Shown: piece by piece, positions 20,380 to 30,846 of the stretch | Position numbering within the stretch: the stretch's first letter is position 1 | How the letters are laid out: each line of letters opens with the position of its first letter | DNA from: a virus | Length of the DNA: 64,000 bases | Reading direction: 5' to 3' (one strand) | Virus record (IMG/VR): IMGVR_UViG_3300048838_001273 | Coordinates: 14,902-78,901 of that record | The notes under the pieces: generated by a model | Databases searched by the model: none | Told to the model about the DNA's origin: nothing | The model's input: the letters and a program-made list of their open reading frames with translations, nothing else | Translations under genes and position numbers: made by a program

Positions 20380-21303
20380 TTATGTATTATAATTTTCATA
20401 TAATTTATATGCAAGTAATCCACTTGGTTTAACGGCATAAATATATGTACCATCCCCCGTGATTTTATTAATTCCATTATCAACACTCCAAAGATTTGTA
20501 TCTTGTGGCACAACATTAGAATCCTGAGTATAATTCGCTAATCCAAATGTATCTTGAGCAACATATACGTATTTACCATCACCCCAGATACCTAATGGGT
20601 CGCTTGGTGTTGTTCCTTGTGCTCGATTCATAACCAAAGATAATGTCGAACCATTAAAACTAAATACACCAATACCCCTTTCTCCAGTAGCTACATAAAT
20701 ATATGAACCACCACTCCACACACCGTTTGAAGGAACACTTGAAGTAATATTAGCTATCTGAGTCCATGTTGTACCATCGAATGTGTGAACATATAAACCA
20801 TTATTTTCTTTTGCACCCAATATATATGTATCATTACACCATATACCAACAAAATAATTACCACTAATAAATCTTACTTTCGCTGTTGAAAACGTAGTTC
20901 CATTAAATGTATATCCAATTATACTTGCTGTCTCAACACCAAAAACTTGCCCAACATTATTAGCAGTAACTAATTGATATGCTTCGCTCCATTGTTGTTT
21001 TAAGGTAATATGTGTTAATACACTACCATTAAAACTATATGCTCTAAGTCCTTCCTGACACGCAGCAAATATATACGTACCATTACCACCAACACCATTA
21101 TATGTTCCACCTTGATAATCAGTATCTATTAACGTAAAAGAAGTTCCATTGAAACTATACACCCTTAATCCAGATGTACCACATGCAACAAAAATATATG
21201 TACCATCACAATATATATCACTATACACCCCACCTGCCCATGTTTCAGTAAGATATTTTATTTTACCAATGACATTATTTTGTACTGTGAATATTTTAGA
21301 CAT
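20380..21303 (-). CDS. LVIVD-like beta-propeller repeat protein
   Basis: Repeated (G/D)GxYI(F/Y)VA..xGL..YxFNG units; likely start is the ATG at 21303 overlapping the upstream stop. Confidence 0.65.
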   Translation of the reverse strand: MSKIFTVQNNVIGKIKYLTETWAGGVYSDIYCDGTYIFVACGTSGLRVYSFNGTSFTLIDTDYQGGTYNGVGGNGTYIFAACQEGLRAYSFNGSVLTHITLKQQWSEAYQLVTANNVGQVFGVETASIIGYTFNGTTFSTAKVRFISGNYFVGIWCNDTYILGAKENNGLYVHTFDGTTWTQIANITSSVPSNGVWSGGSYIYVATGERGIGVFSFNGSTLSLVMNRAQGTTPSDPLGIWGDGKYVYVAQDTFGLANYTQDSNVVPQDTNLWSVDNGINKITGDGTYIYAVKPSGLLAYKLYENYNT

Positions 21304-23161
21304 ATGTTGCAATATTAAAATCTGTATTAGTTCCGTCAAAAATCCACGTTAAATGATATGTTCCTGTTGGTATTGCAGTTACACTTCCATTAAGTTTTGA
21401 TGTGGGAAGTGTTATTGTTATAGGTCCTGATGTAACAACAAGTCGTAAATCCCCGGACATGCCATTAACTCGATTAGTTAATGATAAGGTAAAATTACCA
21501 GACGCACTTAATGTTTTATTTAATCCAGTACTTGTATCCCATGTAACAGTTGAACCATATGTTAATGCTGCATATGCATCATATCCACCACCAGCAGCAC
21601 CACAACTTAGATTTCCGGTTGCATCAATATAAACAACATTTGTTTCGCTTGATTTTGCGGGTAATTCTTTTAACATAATTCTACCAGCAGTTCCTGAAGT
21701 AGAAGCACCCGCCTGAATACAAACATCACCACCAGTACCAGTACTTGAATTGCTACCACCACAAATTCTAACTGCTCCCGCTCCCGTTGAAGACGAAGAA
21801 AGTCCTGCCCTTAATGCCACACTACAACAATTACCAGCAGCATAAGAAATAATTCCCCCAATTGTTGTATCAATAATGCCCTTTGAACCAAGACCACCAA
21901 TGGTTAAATATCCACCCGTTGATGCATATGTGTTATTAAGAAGTAGATAGTTAGTATTTGCACATAATCTAACACCAGTTGTTGAATTAAATATACTCTC
22001 ACCAGCACTACTACATATACATGTTGAGTCAGACCATTTCAATTTATCACCAGCAGGTAGATAGATATCTTCACCTTCTGCTGGAGATAAACCCGTTGCA
22101 CCACTTGACCAATATGAATCGCCACCACTCGTTGCACCAGAATATAATTTACCAGCACTATCAATATATAGTACATCTGTTTGTGTTGTGCATGTCGGTA
22201 AATTTTTCATATGAATATATGAATTATTACCACCACAAATGTCTATACCCTGACCAACACTAATGATATTTCCATCACAACCACACAGAACCACTTTTCC
22301 CGCAGCAGCATCAACATTAAAATCACTTAATTGGTGAAATGACATTGAGTGTGTATACGAATCACCAGATATTGTTGTACTTTCACTTAAATTACCGCCT
22401 AATTTAACTGTTGTCGTATTTGCACTCAAACCATTACAAGCAACAGTAAATCCACCACCACTACCACCACTTATAAGACCAGCACTTAATTTACCGTTTG
22501 CATCAACATAAATTCCACATGTTTCTGTTGTTTTTGCTGGTAAACTTTTTAAATAAACATCATCGCTTTCAATATACATGTCATCATTATGCATATATAG
22601 GTGTCTGCAACCATTATCACTTAAAAAAGTTATTGTATCAGAATATGTGCCGTCATATCTTCTACCCAGACCAGAATTCGGTTCATCAACAAATCCATAA
22701 CTTACATTACAAGTACCAGTTTGAAATGGGTAAACATTTAATTTAAAATCACCACTAACATTTCTCGTAAAAGAATATTTACTAAATATCCATTCATATG
22801 AATTATCGTTAGTTCTCATGGCAATTTCACCAGTAGCATCACTACCAAATGCTCTCATATAAAGATTATTATTCCAATATATGCAGCCACTATTTAAATC
22901 AATATTTTCACCATTAGATGGATATAAACCAGTCGTACCACTTGACCAATAAGCATCTCCACCACCGCCAGTAGCACCACTAATTAATATTTCATTATCG
23001 GTTTGAATTATTTGAATTGATGTTCCGGTTGCAGAAATACTTCTAAATTCCAGATTATTTCCACCAGCTTTACCTTTAAAAACGCAAGCATCACCACCAC
23101 CAAGATTCTGACCCTGTGTTGTATTACCAACTAAACTTATGTTTGACCTATTTCCGCTCAT
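21296..23161 (-). CDS. Cys/Gly-rich tail fibre-like protein
   Basis: 621 aa; duplicated GGDxYWSSGxTGL.P..GE.I.L and LPAK..ET..VYID..GKL modules. Confidence 0.65.
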   Translation of the reverse strand: MSGNRSNISLVGNTTQGQNLGGGDACVFKGKAGGNNLEFRSISATGTSIQIIQTDNEILISGATGGGGDAYWSSGTTGLYPSNGENIDLNSGCIYWNNNLYMRAFGSDATGEIAMRTNDNSYEWIFSKYSFTRNVSGDFKLNVYPFQTGTCNVSYGFVDEPNSGLGRRYDGTYSDTITFLSDNGCRHLYMHNDDMYIESDDVYLKSLPAKTTETCGIYVDANGKLSAGLISGGSGGGFTVACNGLSANTTTVKLGGNLSESTTISGDSYTHSMSFHQLSDFNVDAAAGKVVLCGCDGNIISVGQGIDICGGNNSYIHMKNLPTCTTQTDVLYIDSAGKLYSGATSGGDSYWSSGATGLSPAEGEDIYLPAGDKLKWSDSTCICSSAGESIFNSTTGVRLCANTNYLLLNNTYASTGGYLTIGGLGSKGIIDTTIGGIISYAAGNCCSVALRAGLSSSSTGAGAVRICGGSNSSTGTGGDVCIQAGASTSGTAGRIMLKELPAKSSETNVVYIDATGNLSCGAAGGGYDAYAALTYGSTVTWDTSTGLNKTLSASGNFTLSLTNRVNGMSGDLRLVVTSGPITITLPTSKLNGSVTAIPTGTYHLTWIFDGTNTDFNIATYV

Positions 23162-23187
23162 TTTATTATTTTATTATAAATACTGGT

Positions 23188-23741
23188 TTAATTTCTTATT
23201 TTCTTCCAAATCTTATTATGAAATTTATCATCATCAAGACTAATAAACCTTTCATCTTTTCCAGTATTTTGATTTTCTTCCTCACCGAGAATAATATACC
23301 CACCTACCTTAATTTCGTCTTCAATTCTTTTTTTCAGCAATTCTTTTAACTCTGGTTTATAAAAAGGTAGCCAATAATAAATAATATCATAATTACAATA
23401 ATTTTTAAAATCCAGACAATCCATTTCGTTAAACTTGATTTCAGGAAACATTTGTTTAGATATTAAAAATAGTGTTGGATTCTTTTCAATACCTTCAGCA
23501 ATCATTCCCATCTGTTCGGCAATTCCACACATGTATCCAACACCACTACCAATTTCTAAAAATCTTTTATTGTTAAAATCAAATCCGGTTTTTTTATTAA
23601 TTCCATTAACCCCAAAAAAAAATCAAGATTCAACATAAAATATCTATAACTATCAGTTCCGAGTATCTCATCATGTTTTTCTAACGCAAGATTAAAAAAA
23701 TAATGATTAATTTGTTTCAATAAATATTCACTATAATTCAT
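23188..23741 (-). pseudogene. Class I SAM-dependent methyltransferase split by a frameshift
   Basis: ORF 23556..23741 and ORF 23188..23532 join by a -1 shift at the T9 run (23614-23622) or the A7 run (23589-23595), restoring FLEIGSGVG motif I. Confidence 0.65.
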
Positions 23742-23743
23742 AA

Positions 23744-24352
23744 TTATTCAGGTAAAAACCCCGTTCCAGATACTTGACTTGTTGGTGACCCTTTACAATA
23801 TGTACCAACACATTGTGTTATTGAATCTAAACTAACTCGTGCTGTTGCAATACTCTCACCAAAAATACTAACACATGTCACAATATGTATTAAATCATTA
23901 TAATCCACTTTACGTGCAATTGTTGTCCAAGTACCACTACAATTATATGCTTTTGAACTAACACTACATTGATAAATTCCGACTCCATTACATATAACAC
24001 AAACCAATGCTTGCGATACGTTAATATTATTGGCAGTCATTGCCCACGAATAATTCGGATAATAACAATCGCCAACAGGAACTACACCACTTGGTTGTAA
24101 ACATCCACACGTACAACAAACAGTTAATGTAGATTGAGTTGATATTGGTAATATGCTTAATGTTTTTGTCGTTACTGGTGCATATCCATAAAATTCTAAC
24201 ATACTATGTGGTGCTGATTTACCTGCACTAACACTTAGTGCAGATAAACTCTTCGGTGGTGTTACATTACCATCAACTGCTTGTGCAATTGATGTACAAG
24301 TACCACCGGGACACGAAATTATCCCTAAACAACCACTTAAAGGCATTGCCAT
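23744..24352 (-). CDS. Cys-rich putative fibre-tip/adhesin protein
   Basis: N-terminal MAMPLSG..SLSALS..APHSMLEFYGY resembles fibre-attachment domains found after S74-chaperone fibres; 15 Cys in 202 aa. Confidence 0.5.
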   Translation of the reverse strand: MAMPLSGCLGIISCPGGTCTSIAQAVDGNVTPPKSLSALSVSAGKSAPHSMLEFYGYAPVTTKTLSILPISTQSTLTVCCTCGCLQPSGVVPVGDCYYPNYSWAMTANNINVSQALVCVICNGVGIYQCSVSSKAYNCSGTWTTIARKVDYNDLIHIVTCVSIFGESIATARVSLDSITQCVGTYCKGSPTSQVSGTGFLPE

Positions 24353-24365
24353 AATTCTTAATTTT

Positions 24366-24704
24366 TTAGTCTACAATTATTTGTAATTCGATAATTTCTT
24401 CACCATAATGTTCATTTAAAACATCTCTGACCTTTTCATATAACATTTGTGGTGTTAATGTATAAAATTCTTCTTCATCAATGTTATTTAATGTAATATC
24501 GTCAGGAAGAACTTCATTAGTAACTTGAATATTAGTATATCCACCTTCAAAAAGTTCTCTGTTTCTCCAAATTTTTGGATAAACCTTTACAACAGTAGTC
24601 CCTATTTTGAATACCGACTCAAACTTAATTGTTGCGCCACTTGCAATAAGACTTCCGTCACTTGCTGTTAACCCTGAAAGGGTTATTAAATCAATTTTTG
24701 CCAT
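24366..24704 (-). CDS. Hypothetical protein
   Basis: 112 aa ORF with the late motif upstream. Confidence 0.6.
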   Translation of the reverse strand: MAKIDLITLSGLTASDGSLIASGATIKFESVFKIGTTVVKVYPKIWRNRELFEGGYTNIQVTNEVLPDDITLNNIDEEEFYTLTPQMLYEKVRDVLNEHYGEEIIELQIIVD

Positions 24705-24741
24705 ATTTTTTATTTAAATTTTTTATTAAATACTTTAATTA

Positions 24742-25491
24742 TTATCCATAAACATAACTACTTTGATAATATGGGTCTCCAAGTCTATATGAACCAGAAA
24801 CCTGTGTTATTTCACCAATATACATTGATGCATCAGCATATCCGTAAGGACCGTCAATAGAGGCATTTGTACAAAAACATACATTATCTGTTGATTTTAC
24901 AGTAAATGAATAATCTCCTGAATCACTGTTTTCATAAACACTACATCCTAAAATTTGAATGGAATTACATAATATACACATCTCAGCACCTGACATTGAG
25001 TCCCCATATAAATCATAATAAACACAAATAGTTGTACAAGTACTTGGAACACAAACGCCACATAATTTTGAAAGACAATAACTATAATAGCCAGAATCAT
25101 AACTATTTATTGAACTCAAATAAACGGGGTCGGCAGCAAGTTGTGAAATACTAACACATTTGGTTGTTCCAACATTTGGTATAAATTGTATTGTTGCACT
25201 TCTTGCTGTATCACAATTTTGAGCAATTTCAAGATTTACTGTAGTTCCCGGTGCGGGTGCTGGATATTGTGGAGACGATACTGTAATCCAAGAAACATTC
25301 GGGACTTTTGCCAATGTTGTTTTATTATAAACGTGACCACATAGGCTCACAGAACACGTTCTGCCAGTATTACTGATATTCGTAAATGAAGTTGGTGATA
25401 TGGTTATATCTGCTGGGTCAATGCATGTAAGATTAATTGCACCAGCACCAAAACTAAGAAGTCTACCATTAACACTTATTGCCTGTCCCAT
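24742..25491 (-). CDS. Cys-rich protein with BACON-like Ig domain
   Basis: SWITVS..V..IAQN..ARSATI..VSISQ BACON-like pattern; C-terminal domain paralogous to 23744..24352. Confidence 0.55.
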   Translation of the reverse strand: MGQAISVNGRLLSFGAGAINLTCIDPADITISPTSFTNISNTGRTCSVSLCGHVYNKTTLAKVPNVSWITVSSPQYPAPAPGTTVNLEIAQNCDTARSATIQFIPNVGTTKCVSISQLAADPVYLSSINSYDSGYYSYCLSKLCGVCVPSTCTTICVYYDLYGDSMSGAEMCILCNSIQILGCSVYENSDSGDYSFTVKSTDNVCFCTNASIDGPYGYADASMYIGEITQVSGSYRLGDPYYQSSYVYG

Positions 25492-25498
25492 GTTATAA

Positions 25499-28276
25499 TT
25501 ATCCTTTTAATTTACAGATTTCTGCTTCTAATTTATTAATTTGTAACTGTTGTTCTTTAATTGCTTCAATTAATACCGCAGTTAATTTTCCATATTTAAG
25601 ACCTAATTTATCGTCACATATACCATATTCGAAATCATCTTCATTTGGTTGACTATGTGATACAATCTCCGGTAATATTTTTTCAACATCCTGTGCAATA
25701 AGACCCATATTTCTTTCACGTTTTTCGTCACAGCAAAGATTATAATAAACACCACATAATTGATTTATCTTTGATAAAGCATTCGATATTGGTATTATAT
25801 TTTCTTTTAATCTACAGTCAGAAGTTGCTACCCAATCAGGTGCACTACCACAAGTACTTGCATACACGATACCTGTTACACATACACCATTGGTTAGTGT
25901 TCTAATTTTCTCACTACCGTCATATCTTAATGATACACAGCTATTTGGTGCAACGTATACCTGTAAATCAGTACCTGCATAAAGACGAACATCTCCCGTA
26001 CTAACACCTGCATATGAGCAAATCCATACACTGCCACCACCATATGCACTACCACCACAAATATACACATTACCACCAGTTGCAGTACCAAATGCATCAC
26101 CACCACAAATATATGTGTGTCCACCAGTACCACTGGAACTACCACCACTGCCACCACGAATAGTGACAGCACCACCAGCAGAAGTACTTGCACCCTGATT
26201 ACCATCAATGCTTAATGCAGAGCCAGTAGTTGTTGAAGCCTGATTGAAATATATACATCTTGCTGCACCTGTTTTTAACCTAATATCAGTTGCACCAGTA
26301 ATTGTTGAACCATTATAACATAATATATCGTATTGTGCAAGATTTGTTGTAACATCAATAGGTGCACACCATTCGCCAACTCCAGTTGATGTTGAAGTCA
26401 AAACAGAACCTGTTGCTGCACCAGTTGTTAATTGTATTACGGGTGTGATTACACAAGTCGTTACACACGAAATTCCATTTGTATATGTATTACCATAAAA
26501 CACACCCCCCCAACAACCCACAGGTAATGTCGTAGTCCAACCACAACTTGGTGCTATACCAACAATACCTGCACCATCGTTTGTACCTAATAATTGACCT
26601 ATTACACCATAATTATATCGGCTGGTTTTACCACCAGCTAATGCCCAAACACCGTGCGAACGACCACTTGAAGAACCAGCAGTATAATATGCATCAATAT
26701 GTGCACCATAGTTTCCACCACCCGTAGTACCACCTTTATTTAAAATTCTTAATCCATAATTTGTTGTAGTGCTACCAGACCAACCATAAATTCTAACCGC
26801 CTCACAGTCGTTTGTTGATTCGAAATGAGCATCGATATTTACATCAGAAACATAATTGGTTTCATTTACTCTTATTTTTGGTGTTTTAACACATGTTGTT
26901 CCACAAGTAATTGGTGCTGCTGCGCAAGTTACCCCACAAACAATAGGACTACAAACATATGTTGTGACATAATGAACACCACTTGTAATTGTTCCTATTG
27001 ATGTTGTACTAAATCTAAGGGTCGTACCATAATGTAATGCAACACAACCACAGTCATCATCTCCGACACCACCATATATATTAACAACACCACCACAAAC
27101 TTCATTATAAAATCCGTCACAATAAGAAGCATTTCCACCATAAATATTAACATTACCACCACATGCGGTATCTGCAAAACAAACAATACCAGTTCCTGCA
27201 CAAATATTGACATGACCTCCACAACCACAACCAACCCCACTATCATCTTCATTATATCCAGTACCTGCAATAATGTTAACTGCACCACCAGCAACATATC
27301 CACTATCATCACAATAATAACTAATATCAGTGCCCCTTAAAGTAATTGGATTTGTTATTGGGGTTGTTAATGCTGCCATACATATCGTTCTTGCAGCAGT
27401 ACTTTGAAATACAATATTTCCAGCAACACCCAATACGCTACCATCAAACGTTAAATTAGGCTCTGCACAAATATCACCACTTGCGTTTATATATGTTGTT
27501 ATGGCATTATCAGTTGTTCCACTTACAGCAATTCCTCCACCTGCGGGAGTTTGCCATGTTGCATTACCACTTGCATCTGATACTAAAACACAACCAGCAG
27601 CAGCACCTGTTTGAACTTGTAAGGTATCAGTAACTAAATTACCAGTTACATCCACACCAGTTGTGGTTGTTATTAATTTTGGAGAACCATTATATCTCAA
27701 TGATGTTGTACCACTCCTTGTCATTAAAAGTGGTGTTTGATGTGATGAAAAATTGCCTTGAACAGCACCTGTATCAAAATCATATCTTATATCATCGCCA
27801 TCGTAAACGAGTCTAAAATATGTTCCAGCATCACTTTGATGAAATACCATTGGAACAGCAGCACTCGATATTCTCACACAACCACTTGAACAAATAATTG
27901 GCGAACAAACACAAGTACTTGCACAAATATCACCAGTTGCTTTTAATGAAGAACCATTAAAGGTTAGATTTGGTTGTGCACAAATACCACTAACACTCAT
28001 ATAAGTACCAATAGCATTAGATGTACTACCACTCCAATTAAGCATACCACTTCCACCACCACTTGTTTTTTCAACAAGACAACCATCAGCAATACCATCC
28101 TTAAACCAGTATTCGACAACACTACCACCAACATTAACACCAACAGTTAAACCAGTTACACGTGTACCTGCTGTATTTGTAAGAGCATCTGCGCAAGATG
28201 CCCACGGACCGTACCTTGCATCTACATTCGATAATGCATTTATAGGTTGTATTCCAAAAGGAAGATTTAAACTCAT
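25499..28276 (-). CDS. Tail fibre/spike with C-terminal peptidase S74 intramolecular chaperone
   Basis: TSDCRLKENI..ALSKI..L.GVYY..GLIAQDVEKILPEIV..Y.KLTAVLIEAIKEQQ; Gly/Cys-rich body. Confidence 0.8.
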   Translation of the reverse strand: MSLNLPFGIQPINALSNVDARYGPWASCADALTNTAGTRVTGLTVGVNVGGSVVEYWFKDGIADGCLVEKTSGGGSGMLNWSGSTSNAIGTYMSVSGICAQPNLTFNGSSLKATGDICASTCVCSPIICSSGCVRISSAAVPMVFHQSDAGTYFRLVYDGDDIRYDFDTGAVQGNFSSHQTPLLMTRSGTTSLRYNGSPKLITTTTGVDVTGNLVTDTLQVQTGAAAGCVLVSDASGNATWQTPAGGGIAVSGTTDNAITTYINASGDICAEPNLTFDGSVLGVAGNIVFQSTAARTICMAALTTPITNPITLRGTDISYYCDDSGYVAGGAVNIIAGTGYNEDDSGVGCGCGGHVNICAGTGIVCFADTACGGNVNIYGGNASYCDGFYNEVCGGVVNIYGGVGDDDCGCVALHYGTTLRFSTTSIGTITSGVHYVTTYVCSPIVCGVTCAAAPITCGTTCVKTPKIRVNETNYVSDVNIDAHFESTNDCEAVRIYGWSGSTTTNYGLRILNKGGTTGGGNYGAHIDAYYTAGSSSGRSHGVWALAGGKTSRYNYGVIGQLLGTNDGAGIVGIAPSCGWTTTLPVGCWGGVFYGNTYTNGISCVTTCVITPVIQLTTGAATGSVLTSTSTGVGEWCAPIDVTTNLAQYDILCYNGSTITGATDIRLKTGAARCIYFNQASTTTGSALSIDGNQGASTSAGGAVTIRGGSGGSSSGTGGHTYICGGDAFGTATGGNVYICGGSAYGGGSVWICSYAGVSTGDVRLYAGTDLQVYVAPNSCVSLRYDGSEKIRTLTNGVCVTGIVYASTCGSAPDWVATSDCRLKENIIPISNALSKINQLCGVYYNLCCDEKRERNMGLIAQDVEKILPEIVSHSQPNEDDFEYGICDDKLGLKYGKLTAVLIEAIKEQQLQINKLEAEICKLKG

Positions 28277-28288
28277 ATTATCTATTTT

Positions 28289-29653
28289 TTAACTAACAGT
28301 TATTGCATGCGTTGTTGATGTTGGGTACGGTGTATCGGCTTGCATTGCATATAATTTATATGTTCTATCATTATTTCCAGCATCCTTAACAGTAAAAGAA
28401 CCATTAATTAACGCATATTCACTCGTAATATTTAAATTCAAGTTACCTGTATCTATTACAGATGTTATTGATTTCGTACTTGGTATAGCAACAGCAAAAA
28501 TCTTATTTACAGTACCAGTTGTGAGGTTAAAACTATTTACAGTTGCAAAGTTATTATTACTTAAACTCCTTACATCTGTTGAGGTAGTTGGTACAGCAGT
28601 AGTACTACCCCAGAATTGTTTTAATACTGGTGTGATTGTTCTTGTTGGGGAACTAACAGTACCTGCAACAATTTTACCTGTTGGGTCTGGAATACCAAGA
28701 TTATTATCTTTAGTTACACCACATGCATAACTCACTTTTCCAACATATGATATTGCAGATGTAATGTTGGTATCAGTAACTAAATTATTCATATTATTTG
28801 AATAATTACTACCATTACGACATAATTCATATCCGGTTGCAGTACCTGCATCGTTTTGGGTGAAACTTATGTTTGCAGTCGCATTGGTTACAGTAGCACC
28901 CATTTCAACTGTCTGAGTTAATCCGGCAGTTAAATTAGCTGTTGGTGCTGTATATACAGGAGGTTCTGCAATAACACCTAATATTTGATTTATAACAATT
29001 GCAATGGCTTGATTTTGAACTGGATTAGTACTACCAGTATTTAATTCAGTATCAACTACAATGCTTGCAGTATCGCCTGTGGTAATTATGTACCCGGCAT
29101 AAGGTAAAACCCAACCACTTGTGGTTGAATCTGCCAATAACATCGCTTTACTTATGTGAGTATCACCAGTAGGTTCTGTTGCAGTCAATAAACCCGGAGT
29201 ACTGTCACTCAAGAAATATGTTGTACTTTGAACCAATGAAGTTAAACCAGTTATATAACCAGCCTGTGTTAATTCGAACGCATTGATATTTGGAACACTA
29301 CTGACTATACCCAGAACTTCACCATCATATGTTCCATCAGCGATTGCTTTATTATATGTGCCACCTGACCAACCTATAACATCCTGAACACTAAACCCAT
29401 GTGAAGATTGGCTAATTTGTTTTTTTATTGCATCACCGGAAGCCGAAACATTTATTTCTTGCCATGTTGCAACACCAGATGCATCGGAAACCAAAACTTT
29501 TCCAACACCAGCACCACCACATATACTTAATGTAGCACCGTTTTCAATATCAAGTTGTCCGTAAATTTGAGTACAACCTGATAAATTCATCACATCACTA
29601 ACACATTGCTCAAATTTACAACTATTTAGATTCGGTTTTGTATCTATTGCCAT
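28289..29653 (-). CDS. Tail-associated structural protein (paralogue of 36483..37532 and 39046..40203)
   Basis: Shared N-terminal motif; QSSHGF..DVI..KA.AD..EVLGIV..T..GYITGL..YFLS..PG domain. Confidence 0.6.
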   Translation of the reverse strand: MAIDTKPNLNSCKFEQCVSDVMNLSGCTQIYGQLDIENGATLSICGGAGVGKVLVSDASGVATWQEINVSASGDAIKKQISQSSHGFSVQDVIGWSGGTYNKAIADGTYDGEVLGIVSSVPNINAFELTQAGYITGLTSLVQSTTYFLSDSTPGLLTATEPTGDTHISKAMLLADSTTSGWVLPYAGYIITTGDTASIVVDTELNTGSTNPVQNQAIAIVINQILGVIAEPPVYTAPTANLTAGLTQTVEMGATVTNATANISFTQNDAGTATGYELCRNGSNYSNNMNNLVTDTNITSAISYVGKVSYACGVTKDNNLGIPDPTGKIVAGTVSSPTRTITPVLKQFWGSTTAVPTTSTDVRSLSNNNFATVNSFNLTTGTVNKIFAVAIPSTKSITSVIDTGNLNLNITSEYALINGSFTVKDAGNNDRTYKLYAMQADTPYPTSTTHAITVS

Positions 29654-29734
29654 TACATTAAAATATTATTTTTGAATTAACATTATTACTTAAAGATAAA
29701 TACTCAAAAACTAATACTTAGTTCGGGTTTACGG

Positions 29735-29771
29735 AAAAAAAATAAACCCGTTGGTATCAATGGGTTTATTT
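29735..29771 (-). terminator. Intrinsic terminator
   Basis: AATAAACCCATTG-ATAC-CAACGGGTTTATT followed by a T-tract. Confidence 0.7.
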
Positions 29772-29799
29772 AAACTATAAAAATGGCTTTTTATTTGTT

Positions 29800-30711
29800 C
29801 TACTTTTGTTTGTTCACGGCTTCAATGATTTTATTAATATCAAATACGTTAACTGTATCGTAGGGGAACTGCTGTATCTGTCCACTAATGTCGAATTGGT
29901 CTAAATAACTGAACTTATTTAACTCCCGGACATAATTTGCATTGGGTTGAACATTAATATGGTCTGGATATCCAAACACTTCGGGTTTATTTCCAATCCA
30001 AACAACGGTGCTTTGTAAATCCAGTGCAGCAGCAACATGCTGTGCAAAACTATCAATAAATAATCTCTTTGTACTTAATGGGAATACTGCATAAAGTTCC
30101 CTATAAGGAAGCGTTAATTGTTCCACTCCCTGTAACACGGGTTGCTCCGGTGACTTTATATGTAAAATTCTATACGATTTTGCAAAATAACTCACGAGTT
30201 TTTGTGCAATTTCAATTGGCATATCCCTATACCATGATTTCTTTGAATATTGCCCCGTAGGAGACCCACCATGCGTTTGTAATAACATAATTGGTCTGTT
30301 ATCCGGTTTTATCTTATCCCTCGCTATTTCGAGTTCTCTGGGGTTTAAATAGATTTTTGGTTTTATGCCATCATGAGGGATACCATACATATCACACCAA
30401 GATTGTGTAAGATGCTTTCTTTGTAAAATATGGTCTTCGGTATGATAAACTTCTTGTCTTAAAATTATTGTATCCTCTTTTACATAATCATCAAAAAAAT
30501 ACTGCATTTGACCAAATGTGTAAAATCTATATACATCTGGATTATAAAAGAACGGACCGTCCCATGCCGTTACAACAATCAATTTTCTATCTGGATATTT
30601 TTTCTTTATTGCCCTACAAACTGCAGTAGCCATCACTTGTTTACCATGTCCACCCTCTGTATGAAATATAACAAATTTATCTTCTTTTTTTATTGAACCA
30701 TCATTTTTCAT
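29800..30711 (-). CDS. GT9-like (heptosyltransferase-like) glycosyltransferase
   Basis: EGGHGKQVMAT..RAIKKKYPD..; KPKIYL; FIDSFAQHVAAALDL.STVVW..P..FGY. Confidence 0.7.
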   Translation of the reverse strand: MKNDGSIKKEDKFVIFHTEGGHGKQVMATAVCRAIKKKYPDRKLIVVTAWDGPFFYNPDVYRFYTFGQMQYFFDDYVKEDTIILRQEVYHTEDHILQRKHLTQSWCDMYGIPHDGIKPKIYLNPRELEIARDKIKPDNRPIMLLQTHGGSPTGQYSKKSWYRDMPIEIAQKLVSYFAKSYRILHIKSPEQPVLQGVEQLTLPYRELYAVFPLSTKRLFIDSFAQHVAAALDLQSTVVWIGNKPEVFGYPDHINVQPNANYVRELNKFSYLDQFDISGQIQQFPYDTVNVFDINKIIEAVNKQK

Positions 30712-30794
30712 GAACAAAATATTTATTTTATAATTATAATTTTTTATACTTTTTTATAAATACGAAACTAATTCAAAAAATCCCGATTTACAAG

Positions 30795-30830
30795 AAAAAA
30801 AAATGGGAAACTTTTGATTTCCCATTTTTT
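30795..30830 (-). terminator. Intrinsic terminator
   Basis: AAAAAATGGGAAA-loop-TTTCCCATTTTTT followed by further Ts. Confidence 0.7.
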
Positions 30831-30846
30831 GTAAAAATTGTCGTTA

